Shown one piece after another: positions 48,890 through 61,610 of a stretch of DNA of 64,000 nt (position 1 is the stretch's first letter; each line of letters starts with the position of its first letter). The stretch lies in NCBI RefSeq assembly GCF_030144855.1, contig NC_082734.1:21638001-21702000 (forward strand), read 5' to 3'. The position numbers were made by a program, and so were the translations under genes. This stretch comes from Hypanus sabinus (Eukaryota). Under the pieces are notes generated by a model. It saw only the letters and a list, made by a program, of their open reading frames with translations, did not search any database and was not told the DNA's origin.

Positions 48890-49455
48890 TCCAGCCTCGA
48901 CACCGTGCCTTCGGGAGTGTAGTATCGGTCGAAGAGGATGATTCCTAATGACGATTGGAGAGTGTAGACTACATTTCCCAGCAGGCCTCGCAAGTCCGCT
49001 GTTTTCGGCGAACGACGGTGCGCAAGCGCCACCGCCGGTCCTCCCGGTTTGGCGCTGACCGTAGTGTTATCATCTAGATGTCTGACGGGAAATGCAGTTC
49101 TAGTTACGCCATCTCACCATTCCCGTCAAGTGGCAGGTCGCGCAGGCGTCTCCACCAACATATCCCCGCAGTGTCTAATGGGAGATGTAGTCTATCTTAC
49201 CGGAACGTCGAAACGTGGTGGAAGGGGCGGACGGGCTGCTTTAACTACAATTCCCGGCAGGCCGCGAAGCTCAGGCCGGAGAGCCGAGGGAGAAGGAAGG
49301 GGGGCGGGTGGGCGTCCTCCATGTTGGTGTCGCAGTGAGGAGCTGGGAGCGGGAGGAAAGAGAAGCGGTGCCGACCTGCTCCCCCCCTTCCAGTACCACC
49401 TCTCAGACCCCCGTCCCTCACCACCTGCCGAACGGGCAGCGGCGAGCAGGTTAGT
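48890..49455 (+). promoter_or_regulatory. SRRM2 CpG-island promoter and probable non-coding exon 1
   Basis: ACTACA..TCCC motifs at 48968(+), 49086-49100(-), 49179-49192(-), 49244(+); GC box 49224-49230; donor CAG|GTTAGT at 49450. Confidence 0.75.
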
Positions 49456-50129
49456 GCCGAGCGGAAGCCGCGGTGGTGCTGCTGTCCCCGGCCGCTAGGC
49501 CGCGGGCAGAACCTCGGCCTCGATTTAGGAAGGGGCTATGGGGAGTCGCGGAGGCTAGTGGCCCTCTGGCATTAACAGGTTTTTATTAAAGTAGTGGATT
49601 CATACAGAAGGACACCGGAGCTGAAGCTTTGGGGCATATTGAATCAGAGGTTTAATGATTCAAACAGTAAAGCTGTTTTACTTAACACTCGAAACATCCA
49701 TAAGAATAATCAGACATTAATGAAGCTATATTCCTGAATTTTAACCTCGGATTTATTAGATCTGGGGTTAATGATACAAACAGTGAAGTTAAAATTCTTA
49801 GCCATTTCTCAAGTGCATACTGAACATCAGATCTTTGGGAATAATATGCTTGATTTATACAGAGGTAGCAAACTTTTAGTCCCAGATTTATTAAATCAGG
49901 AGTTTAATGATTCAAATAAAGTTAAAATACATAGCACTCAACTACCTCTGAGCACCAAAACACCAGGAGTTACCAGATATTACTGACCACATACAAAGAA
50001 ATACCTAAATTTTAGCAGTAAGTTTATTAGGAGTTTATTGACAGTGATCATTTGCATTAGGTTCTGGAAAGGTTGAGGTGGGGAAAGGATGGTAGGGTGA
50101 AAGTCTGTTGTTGATAAAGGGAGGTGGAA

Positions 50130-52535
50130 CATTTAGTTGAGGAATAAGGAGCTCTGATGAGTTATAAGGTAACCAGGAGGAAACTTAAGAATAGACTTAG
50201 GAGAGCTAGAAGAGGATGTGAGAAGGGCACACATTCGTGAAGAACAGGAGGATAACTAGAATGGGGATAGGACCAATCAGGGATAAAGGAGGAAGCAAGG
50301 CTGCAGACAGAGGAGGTCCTTTATGTCTGAATTCATCAGTGAAAGAGGCCTTGAATGTAACGACAGCATGAAACAGAATGATATGCTAAAACATATCAAT
50401 GTTAGAAACAGAATTGTGCTGGAACGTTTGAAAAATATTAGGATAGATATGTCCCTGGGGCCAGATAGGATACAGACCAGGTTACTGCAGGAAGCGAGGG
50501 AAGAGACTGCTGCAACTTTAGTGATGTTCTTTGTGTCCTCATTGGCCACAGGAGTAGTACCCAGGTGGGTGGCAAATGTTATTCCTGTGTTCAGGGAAAG
50601 TAATAGAGATAGCCCTTGGAATTGTACACCAGTGGTGTGGAAACTATTGGAGAGGATTTCTTTGAAACAGGATTTGAGCATTTGGAGAATATATTCCGAT
50701 TAGAGATAGCCAGCATGGCTTTGTGAGGAGCAGGTTATGCCTTATGCCTCATGAGCCTGATTGAATTATTTGAGAGAGTGGGGGGAAAAGTATTGATGAA
50801 GGCAGAGCAGTAGATGTGCCGCACATGGATTTTAGTGAGATATTCGATATCTCCCATGATATCCATGTTCTCCCATGATAGGCTCATTCAGAAAGTCAGG
50901 AAGCATGGGAACTGAGGAAATTGACTGTGTGGATTCAGAATTGACTTGCTCACAGAAGGCAGGGATCGATTGAATTCAGCCTGGAGTCGGTGACCAGTGG
51001 TGTTCCGCAGGGATCTATTCTGGGATCTCTGCTCTTTGTGATTTCTTTTTATAATTGACCTTTTGAGGAAGTGGAAGGGTGGTGGTGTTGTGGATAATGT
51101 AGAATGGTGCTATAGTTCAGAGCGCATCATTGCTAGGATGCAGAGCTGGTCACGTGGCAAAGTGTGAAGAGCGAACTTGAAGGCAAAGTACAGGGTTAAT
51201 GGCAGGATTCAACAATATGGAGGCAGAGTGGATCTTGGGATCCGTGGCCAAAGATTTCACAACATTGCCACACTTTTAAAGGGTTGTTAAGGCATAAATG
51301 TGTTGGCTTTTATTAGTCAGGGGATTGACATCAAGAGCCGTGAAGTAATGTTGCAGTTCTAGAAAAACCTGGTTAGACCACAGTTGTGTTCAGTTCTAAA
51401 TCTCCCCCCCCCCCCCCCATTACAGAAAGGACGTGGAAGCTTTAGAAGGGGTTCGGAGGAGATGTACCAGGATGCTGCCTGGATTAGAAAGCAGGTCTTG
51501 TGAGGAATGATTCAGCAAGTTTTTCTCTTTGGAGCAAAGGAAGAAGGGAGCTGACTTAATAGAGGTGTATAAGAGGCAGAGACTTTTCTCAGGGCGGAAA
51601 TGGCTAAAATGAGGGGGCATAACTTTTAAGTGAAACACCCCGGTTTCTTTAGCTGTGTTAGGGAAGGCAGCCTCCAGTCCACTAAACTTTAGAGATTGAG
51701 GCCCACTGGATCCCACCCTGAAGCTTAGTTTGCATGGGTGCTGTGTCATTTGTTACCCTGTTACAAATTAATGCCACAAAATAACAGACAAAATAACTGC
51801 GTACGATTAAAGGAATTATATTTATAAACCTTAACTTAAGGATTAGTAAAGAATAACAAAAAGGAAAGGGCCCATTCTAATTAGACAGTCAAATGTGCAC
51901 AAGTTGGAGCTCATCTTGAACTCCTGTCACTCATGCACTGGGTTCTAGGTCAACGTGAAAGCTCACACCACCTTCTGAATGTCGCTCGCAATCCATCTCG
52001 AACAAATGGGTCTCCCACCGAATCATATGCCACGACCGGTTCTCCCCAGCATCTTCTCTCTTCATCTCCTCTTGAACAAAAGCCCAAGACCAAGCTTATT
52101 GTCCCTCTCCAAGAAAACCTCCCACTAACTGGATGACACACATTCCGCATCATCCCTTATATCCAACAATAACCCAAGCAGACTGAAAGCAGAACAAACA
52201 ACTCCTACAGAGCTGTACAAAATGAAATACATACAGCATAAGAGTAACAAATATGAACCAGTTCATTACATAAGGTGATTGGAGGGTAGTATAGGGGGAA
52301 AGTTGGAGGTAAGTTTTTAAAGAGAGTGCTGGGTGCATAGAACACACTGTCAGGAATGGTGGGAGAGCCAGATACATCAGGTACATTTAAAAGACTCTTA
52401 GATAGGCATGTAGATGATAGAAAAATAGAAGCCTATAGGAGAGAAGGGTTAGATTGATCTAATGTGGATTAAAAGGTCGATACAACATCATGGGCAAAGG
52501 GTCTGTAGTGTGCTGTAATGTTCTATGTTCTATCA
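50130..52535 (+). mobile_element. Degenerate CR1 ORF2 and 3' tail, split by a solo LTR
   Basis: SLGPDRIQTRLLQE, ANVIPVF, SGVPQGS remnants; (ATGTTCT)n tail near 52515-52533. Confidence 0.85.
51631..52270. mobile_element. Solo LTR (640 bp)
   Basis: TG...CA ends with exact 4-bp TSD TAAG (51627-51630, 52271-52274); removing it restores continuous CR1 sequence. Confidence 0.85.
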
Positions 52536-52659
52536 AGTCTTTGAGTTTATTAAAGCTACTTTACAAGGAAATGCTGGATTTTTAACTCTCTGTTATAGTA
52601 AAACGGGTTTGATAATTCAAATAATGAAGTTAAGATATTCAAGACTCAAATTCATGAGA

Positions 52660-54850
52660 AATATCAAACGTTACTGGCTGAAGCCACAATAGATCTACAG
52701 CAGATATAATCTCACTGGCTCTCCACTCGGCCTTGGGCCACCTGGATACCTACATCAGGCTGCTGTTTAGTAATTACAGCGCAGCGTTCAATACCATCAT
52801 CCCTTCAGTTCTAATCAATAAGCTTCAAAATCTGGGCCTCTGTACCTCCCTCTACAACTGGATCTTTGACTCCCTCATCAGCAGATGGTAATCAGTGCAA
52901 ATCGGAAATAATCTCCCCTCCTCGCTGACGATCAACACCAGTGTACCTCAAGGATGTGTGCTTATTCCACTGCTCTACTCTCTCTAAAGCAGAGGTTCCC
53001 AACCTTTTTTATGCCATGGACCCCAGTTTGGGAAACACTTCTCTAAACCTGTGACTGTGTGGTTAGGCGCAGCTTAAATGCATTCTGTAAAATTTGCCGA
53101 TGGTGAAAGGGAGGCATATGGGACAGAGATAAATCAGGTGGTTGGTGCTCCAACAACAACTTTGTACTCAACATCAGTAAGACCAAGGAATTGATTGTGG
53201 ACTTCAGGAAGGAAAAGTCAAGGGAACACACACCAGTCCTCATCGAGAGATCTGCAGTGGAAACTGAGAGCAGTTTCAAATTCCTGGCTGTCAAATATCT
53301 CTGAAGATCTATCCTGACCCCAGCATATTGATGCAATATCAAAGAAGGCATGACAGCAGCTATATTTCATAAGGAGTTTGAGGAGATTTGATATGTCACC
53401 AAAGACTAACAAATTTCTACAGATGTTCTGTGGAGAGCATTGCATCTACATCCGGTATGGAGGGGCCACTGCACAGGATTGGAGAAAGTTGAATATACTC
53501 TGCCAACTCCATCCAGGGCACTAGATTCCCCGGCATTGAGGGCATCTTCAAAAGGAGATGCCTCAAAAAGGTAGAATTCTCCATTAAGGACATGCCCTCT
53601 TCTCATTGCTACCATTAGAGAGGAGGTACAGGAACATTTTAGGAACACCTTCTTCCCCTCCTTCATCAGATTTCACACAATGAACCAACCTATGAACACT
53701 ACCTCACCATTTTTTTACTTTTGCACTCCTTTCAATGACTTCAGACCAGTTGCTCCCACCTCCATAGCCGCCAAATCCCTGGTGATGTCCCAAATTAGGA
53801 ATGCCGTTCCTCTACTCTCAGACCAGCACCAGTTTCAACCGAGGATGCCATCTCTATCGCTCTTCTCATCATACTGGAGCATAAGGATATTTAGGCCGGA
53901 GTGCTTTTGGTCGACTACAGTTGGGCTTTCAACACCATACTCCCCAACAAGCTGACCATTAAACCTCAAAATCTGGACTCAGTGTATCCATTTGCAACTG
54001 GATTCTGGACTTTCTTACAATTGCGCCTAGACAGATTAGGCAAGTGTGCATCAACCTCCCTGACCCTGAACCCAGCAGGAACGGGTACTGAGCTCACTCC
54101 TTTACAATCTTTTCACCCATGACTGTGCCCTGCCTATGCCACCAACCCCATCATCAAAGTTGCAGAAGAGACCACAGTGACTAGATTAACAACTAGCAAC
54201 GGAGCACCATGCAGAGAGGAGATGCAGAAACGGTCTGAATGGTGCAATAGCCATAACTTTCTATTCAAAATCAAAAGGACCAAAGAAATGATTATCGATG
54301 TCAGAGGAAATCAAGAAGTTATGAACAAGCTCTACTACTTATGAAGCAGTGGAAAGGGTCTTAAGTCATTGAGAGTGAACATCACAAGACGAGCTCTCTT
54401 GGACACCTATACCTCCTTGATAGTAGGGAAGGCTCAGCAGTGCCTATGCTTCCTTAGTTTAAAGAGAGCAAATCTGTTCTAAAAGCTGCTGGTAAACCTT
54501 TATCGATGTGTAATTGGGAGCATTCTGACCCACTGCATGGCAGCGTGGTGCACTAGTTGCAACAAGGTCGACTGAAAAGCACTTCCACAAGTGATCAGGA
54601 CAACACAGACATCATTGGGACACAACTACCAGATATGGAAACCATCTCCAACTCTCATTGTCTGCAGCAGGTTCTCAAAATCGTGATGGACTCATCTCAC
54701 CCCAGTAAAAATAAATTCAGACATTATTTTAAATGTAGTCATTGTGTTTTTAGTAATTGAATTGGCAGCAGGTTGATTTTTACTGAATGCAGTAGCACTG
54801 CAAACGCATTGTCCTCAGCGATGGCAATAAAGTTCTAACTAACTAACTAA
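52660..54850 (+). mobile_element. Rex1/Babar-like LINE fragments (two tandem copies)
   Basis: DYSWAFNTILP, LNISKTKELIVDFRK, PQGCVL; AATAAA and (CTAA)n tail at 54826-54850. Confidence 0.75.
52990..53040. mobile_element. 51-bp hAT-Charlie-like micro-MITE
   Basis: CAGAGGTTCCCAA...TTGGGAAACACTT with 8-bp TSD CTCTAAAG / CTCTAAAC. Confidence 0.7.
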
Positions 54851-54889
54851 TTCCTTATTTTATTTATGTGTGTGTATATCACACACACA

Positions 54890-56132
54890 TAGTGGATTCC
54901 AGTTAATTGGGCTGTCGATTAATCAGGGCAGCTGCTTATTTAGGACAATTCTTAAGAACAAAACCAAATCGAGAACATAGTCAAGATTCCCTTCATTTAT
55001 TTGGGGCACTGTGCCGGTTAATTGGGACAGGAGATGGTCAGTCATGTCCACTTGAGCGTCCATTGGATGCTACTGTGTGCTTAGAGCAAACAGTTCTATT
55101 AGTTGTTTGCTTGTATTACATTATCCGTTTTGGCTGACGGCAATTCAAAAAGGAGTGATTTTTGATAAATTTTGTTTTTTTTTATTTTGACTTTAAAAAA
55201 ATTTTTGAGACCCTTGCCACGAAAAGATTTGATGCTAACCGAAAAAAAATTAGCCTACTGGACCAAATTAAAAGCTACCCGCCTAACATCACTCATCATC
55301 AGCCGCAGAGATAACTGGCATGCCGAAATCTACAATTGCACACTTGATACATCAGCAAGAATGGGCATTATTCGAGGGACAGAAGGGAACATCCCAAAAA
55401 CATGAGCGTGAAGGTAAGGATCCAGGTGTTGAAGAGGCCCTCAATCCATTGTAACTGCACAAGGTGTGTGTGTTTGTGTGTGTGTGAGAGAGAGTGGACC
55501 AATGTTAAAAAAACAAATTGGAGCTAGGAAAGAAGGTGGGACATGAAGATTTTAAAGCAAAATATGATTGGTTGTCTTGGGAAATGTAGACACATTAAAT
55601 TCAAGAAAGCACACGGCGAGAAAGGTAGTGCTGATGCTGTAAGTGCAGAAACTTGAAGATCTACAAAACTGCCTGTCTTGCCTCAAAATTTTTGTGCAGA
55701 TTAAATCTACAATGCCAACGAAACAGGCCTTTTTTTTATCATGCCACACCAAATGGTTTCCTTTGTTGCAAACACGTAACACTATCAGGCTCAAAGAAAG
55801 CAATGGGTCACATAACTTGTGTTCAAAAATGTCAGGAACTGGTAAAAAGAAATTGTTGGTTAATGAGAAAAGTGTTAAGCCTACATTCTTTAAGGGGCTA
55901 AGAATGGATATTTTGCCAGTCAAGTCCTATGCCAATACACTAATTCCTCCTCTGGTAACCATTTAGAATGAATACAGAGTTTTATAGTACTATCGTAATA
56001 TTGGAAGTGTTCTATTTTGTTCTGTAGTGTGTCCTTTTTATACCTTTTTAACTATTTCCATGAAACCGGTTAATTGAGGCTGCCTCTTAATTAGGCCAAA
56101 ACAGACTTGTCCCAATTAACCAGAATTCACTT
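54890..56132 (+). mobile_element. Tigger/pogo DNA transposon with decayed transposase
   Basis: TIRs AGTGGATTCCAGTTAATTGGG / CCCAATTAACCAGAATTCACT; remnants RKDLMLTEK, HGEKGSAD, IYNANETGLF. Confidence 0.85.
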
Positions 56133-58239
56133 TGTGTGTGTGTGTGTCTACACATGCACACACATAAACACACACACACACTCACATGTTTTATATATAT
56201 AGTATATCTTGTAATTTATGTTTTTTATCATGTATTATAATGTACCACTGCCACCAAATAATAAATTTCATGACATACACCAGTGGTATTAAACCTGATT
56301 CTTCTAATTCTGATTATTAATGCTCTGGATGTATACAGGGAAATATCTGACCTTTAACCTTAGATATAAATAATCAGGGTTTAATGATTCAAATAGTGAA
56401 GTTAAAATATGTTAACAGCCAGGTCCCAATCTTCAAATATCTGGGAATGTCAGATCTATGAAAGGACTGGTTTTACACAGTAAATTACCAAATGTACTGA
56501 ATCTGAGGTTGAATGGTTCAGACAGTTAAAGTATTTAACAGCCAGTTCTTCATCAAATGTCTTCCGAACATCGAATCCCCAAGATTGATCAGATATTACT
56601 GAAGCCCTGGGAGATTTTAAAAAAACTTTCAACAGCTGGTGTATTAAGTTTTCAAACTTATAAATGCACCATATAAACCATGCAGTATTTCACATTGATC
56701 CCCAATTAAATGCCTTCTAAGTATCTAATTTAACAGCAGCTTTATCATCATGTTTAAAGTGTGAACTTCCCAAAGTTATGTCTCTGATATCAATCATGCT
56801 GCGTGTTTTAAATGGCAGTTCTTCAAGAGCAGGATATAATCACATCTGCAGTGTCAGATTAAAAACCCATTTATTACATTGATGTGTGACACTGGTTTAT
56901 AATGTTGAAGCATTAAAGTCCAGTTTATAATATCAACACGTTGCAGTTGGTTCTATAGGGTTAATTCAGCTTATCAGGGTTTAAAGCTGGGTCCAAGGTG
57001 TGGGTTAAAGTTGGTTTTGGGACATTGAGGATTAAAGTTGGGTCTTACGATATTGGAGGTTAAAGTTTGCATAAGTCCAGCAACCTCAAAGGCACAGAGC
57101 ATCAGATAAACAGCATTCACAACAAAAGCATAAAAATGAATTATATACAAAATCAGGTTTGTTATCAGTCAGATATGTCACAAAATTTGTTTTATAGGAG
57201 TAGTACAGTGTAAGTTGTAAAATTAGCATGAGCAGCAAAAATTAATAAAGTAAATAGGGTAAGAGCTAGTGTTGGTGAGCGGTTCAAATCTAATGTTGCA
57301 GGGGGGAGCATTAAAGTCAGGTTTACAATATCAGAGCATTAAAGCTGGGTTCACGATCTTGGAGCGTTAAAGTTGCGTTCACAATATCGCAATAACGTTA
57401 TAACTTCAACACTGCAATTATTAGGCCATAATGACTTTAACCATGGCAGTTATATCTCTATAGTTGGGCAAATAATGGTCAAGACCCCGGAGACAGTGAA
57501 AGAACCAAAGGAGAGGAAGAACCAGCAAATGGTTTGGAGAAGGACTGTGCTCCTGGAGACAGTTGACACATTTTCAGTTACTCCGATGAGAAAGGAGCTT
57601 ACTGCAACTCTCAAAAGGGAGAGCAGAGGAGTATGTGACTTTTCAATAGATCTAGCACAGATTTGACTGGTGGAATGGCCTCCTTACCTGCTTTAGTTTT
57701 TCTGTGAGTGGTTTTCAGGAAACAGTTAATGGTCTCGAGTTACAGAAAGTTGTGTTGTTCCTTGAAAACAACAAACTTGGGTTGCTGTCTCTGGAGGGTG
57801 GTGATAGAGTCAAATATGATAGATGTCTTTAAGTGACTAAGACAGGCACAGGGAATGAAGGGATATGGACACTGTAGAAAGAATTAGTTTTGTTAAGCAT
57901 TCTGTCTGTGTTTGACATGATATCGTGGGCTGAAGGGCCTGTTCCTGTCTTGTAATGTTCTGTTTTTTTTAATTATCATCTTTAAACTTATAATTCCATT
58001 TATAAATAGATATCCCAAGAAAGATTACCTGCAAAAGGATTGTAGTGTTGGTTGTAAACGGGAGTAGTTTTGCTTAGGATGTGAAGTTCTCTGTAATTTC
58101 AGTCATTCAGAATGAAACTTGCTGATGAAAATATCTCTTCTGTTTATTTCCAACTATCAAATAGTACTTGGAAGCCCAGGAACTACAAGTATTAAAGCCA
58201 GGAAGTCATGCTGCATCTCCCTGACAGATGTTAGCATGG

Positions 58240-59380
58240 TACCTGGGTGTACAGAAGATATGCTTGTCTTCTTCATTGGTCAAGGCATTGAGTATAAATG
58301 TTAGGAAGTCATATGGAGCTGTATAAAACTCTGGTCAGGCCACACTTGGTGTATTGTGTGCAGTTCTGGTCCCCTCCACAGGAAGGGTGTAGAGCAGCTT
58401 TAGAGAGGGTGCAGAAGAGGTTTACCGGGATGCTGCCTGGATTAGAGAGAATGTGCTACAAGGAGAGGTTGGGCAAATTTAGGTTGTTTTCTGTGGAGCA
58501 GTGGAGTCTGCGTGGAGATCTGATAGAGGTTTATAACATTGAGAGACATGGAACACTGGAACAGGCTCTTCCGCCCCAAAATATCTGCTGAGCTGGTTAA
58601 TAATTAAGTGCCTAACAGAACTAATCCCTTCTGCCTACACATGTCCACATCCCTCTGTTCCCTGCATACGTGTGCCTATTTAAAACAAACAAACACCTCT
58701 ATCACATGTGCTTCCACCATCATCCTGGTGGCACATTCCAGGCACCTATCCCCCCTCTGTGGAAAAAAACTTGCTCTGTATGTCTCCGGTAAACTTACTC
58801 CCTCTCACTTTAAATACATGTCCTCTGAGAGAAGACAGTTAAACTCTGGTGGGGGGAATATACCAGCTGTCTACTCTGTGCCTCTCAAGATCTTATACAC
58901 CTCTATCAGGCCTATCATAATTCAGCCTCTACACTCCAGAGAAAATAATGCAAGTTTGTCCAGCCTCTCCCTATGGCTCATACCCTCTAATCCAGGTGGC
59001 ATCCTGGTGAATTTCTTCTGCACCCTCTCCAAAGCCCTCCACAACCTTCCTGTAACAGGGCGACGAGATGCAGCACTTCAGATTCAGCCTAAGTGTGGTT
59101 TTACAAACATGTATGTGAGAGCATGTAGAGTGAGTAGTCCTTTTCCCCGAGGTAGAAAGGTTTAAATTGAAGTAAAAAAATGTACAGAGGAGATGTGCAG
59201 GGCAAGATTTTTTTAATATATAGTGTGCCAGGAATGTGCAGCCAGAGGCATTTAAGAGGCTGTTAGAAAGCAACTGGTAGGGATTGGAGGAATATGGGTC
59301 ACGAAGAGGGAGATAGGTTGAGCTGAATCGGTATTGTAGTCGGCACAGACAAGGTGGACTGAAGGGCCTGTGTGACCGCT
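58240..59380. mobile_element. CR1 3' fragments in mixed orientation
   Basis: LYKTLVRPHLVYCVQFWSP on plus (58298-58591); inverted copy 58600-59100. Confidence 0.8.
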
Positions 59381-59557
59381 GAAATGATTAACTGAACTCT
59401 TACCCCCTTCTCTCTCCCTCCCTCCATCTCTATCTCTCACTCTCTCCTCTTTCTCATTGTCCTCTCCCCTTCTCTCTGGCTCCCCCTCCTCATTCTGCTG
59501 TCCCTCCTTCCCTCCCCATGGCTGGAACAGTGATTGGCAAAACCCCCAGCAGCCACC

Positions 59558-59796
59558 ATGTACAACGGGATCGGACTGCCCACACCGCGGGGCAGTGGCA
59601 CCAATGGTTACGTGCAGAGGAACCTGTCGGCGGTGCGTCAGCGGCGGGAGAAGGCGGACCACCGCTCGCCGGAGGAGCTGCAGCGACTGGAGAACAGCCT
59701 TGTCCGCAAGCCCAACCAGGACATCCTCGACCACGAGCGCAAACGCCGTGTTGAGCTCCGCTGTATAGAACTCGAGGACATGATGGAGGAGCAGGG
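59558..59796 (+). CDS. SRRM2: SRRM2 (SRm300) first coding exon, cwf21 domain
   Basis: gccaccATG; MYNGIGLPTPRGSGTNGYVQRNLS...DILDHERKRRVELRCIELEDMMEEQG; acceptor 59529-59530, gtagga donor. Confidence 0.96.
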
Positions 59797-60085
59797 GTAG
59801 GAATCTGACAGGGTTCCTGGGCTATGGGAGGGGTGGGGCCCAATGGAAGTGAATGGGAAAGGAAGGGATGGAGTCCCATTGAGGGTGCAGACGGTGGGAG
59901 TGAAATGGAAGGGGGTAGGGTCCCATTGGAAGGGGTGGTGTCATTAGGAATGAATAAGAAAGGATGGGGGTACATTAGGAATGAACAGAAAGGGATGGTG
60001 AATGAATGAGAAGGGTTTGGGTCCTTTGGAAATGAATGGGAATGGGTAATAATCTCTCCTCACAATTCTCCATGTGCTGTTTCAG

Positions 60086-60187
60086 GTATTCTCTTGAGGA
60101 AATCCAGCAAAAAGTGGCCACGTTTCGACAGATGCTGGTAGAGAAAGACTGTGGTCAGGGAAAGGAGGACCCGAAACAGCGGACAAC
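60086..60187 (+). CDS. SRRM2: SRRM2 coding exon 2
   Basis: 102 nt, YSLEEIQQKVATFRQMLVEKDCGQGKEDPKQRT. Confidence 0.94.
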
Positions 60188-60764
60188 GTGAGTGGATCTT
60201 CCCGTCTAGTACCTACCCTCCTCACTGAGACCCCCCTCCTTTCTGTCACTTGTCCCCTCCGCTTCCACTCCATTGCATCGCTTCCCCTGTCACTTACCCA
60301 GCTATCTCGTCCCACAGACAGGCCAGTCCTGGAGCAGTACAGCACAGGAATGGGCCCATCTGATCTTCTGCCTCGTCCCATTTACCTGCACATAGGCCAT
60401 AGCGTTTCTCAACACTGGAACATATCCCTCAAACCATTCTTGTCTTATACTGAACCAGACTTCTCAAATGTTATAATCAAGCCAACATCCACAACGTGCA
60501 CTGGCAACTGGTTCCGGACTTACGCCACCCTCTGAATGCAAAAGTTCCCCTTCAAATTCCACTTAAATATGTCAGCATTCACCCTGAGCCTATGACCTTT
60601 AGTTCGTTTTACCCAGCCTGAGGAGAGTGCATGCATTCACTTTCCTCATACCCTCAGTTTTGTATACCCTTCTCCCCCACCCCACAGAATGAGCGCCCCA
60701 CCCCTCTGCCTCCACCCACAGAGCAAGTGACCTGCCACCTGATCCTGCTTCCCCCCACTCACAG

Positions 60765-60932
60765 GGTGAATGAAACACACCAGCTGGCCGAGGCGAACGA
60801 GAAGAAGAATGAGAGGCTGCGGGCCGCCTTTGGCATCAGCGACGCCTACGTAGACGGAAGCTCCTTTGACCCCCGGCGCCGGGGCCAGGGTACAGAGGCT
60901 CCCCCTGACTCTCAGCAACAGAAGCAACATGG
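60765..60932 (+). CDS. SRRM2: SRRM2 coding exon 3
   Basis: 168 nt, VNETHQLAEANEKKNERLRAAFGISDAYVDGSSFDPRRR... Confidence 0.96.
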
Positions 60933-61532
60933 GTAGGTGAGGTTGAGATTGCTGGGTGGGGAGGGTGGTCCAGTCCAGGACCTCTGACTCTGGTCAGGGT
61001 GGTCAGTCCCTCTCCTCTCAGCCACAGACTCTGGGTTGCAGGCTTCAGGCAACTCTGAGTTAAGTTCTTGTTGACTACAAGGGTGTGTCTATGAGTTGGG
61101 TATGGCTGTAAGCCCCAAGCACAGCCAAAGCTCTGGGTAGGTCTCCCCTGAGGGACCAGGCCCAGTGACAGATCCTGAAAGCTCTTCGTTCCACTTCCCT
61201 GGGTTCTGAGTCTAGGAAAGAGATCGAACCTATGGATCTGGCTCCTTCTGTCCCCCCCACCCCCCACTGCACCACCTGAGGTCCTGTCCAGCAATGGTGA
61301 TGGTGCAGGCAGGATGTCCTCCTTGGCTTACAGTTCTGGTGACGATGAGGTCCTGGAATGTCTCCCCCACCCCCCCATCCATCTTGCCAACCTAAAGGGG
61401 GGGCTACACACAGCATGGGTTGTAATCCAGAGTTTGCCTTATCTTACTGTGACTGTTTATCCCCCTTTATCCCTCCCCCTTGTCTCTCCTTCATTCCTCC
61501 CTCTCTCACTGTCTTCCCCCCCTCCTCTGCAG

Positions 61533-61610
61533 CTTCATCCGGGACCCCAGCCGGTCCCGTTCCCCCTCCCCCAAGCGGAAAAAGCGAAAGAAGGGAGGAA
61601 GCCGTGGACG
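61533..61610 (+). CDS. SRRM2: SRRM2 coding exon 4
   Basis: 78 nt, phase 2/2, FIRDPSRSRSPSPKRKKRKKGGSRG. Confidence 0.9.

Noticed and set aside
55200-55960. TIGD-like domesticated transposase
   Set aside because: Multiple stops and frameshifts, a truncated DDE domain and retained TIRs indicate a dead transposon.
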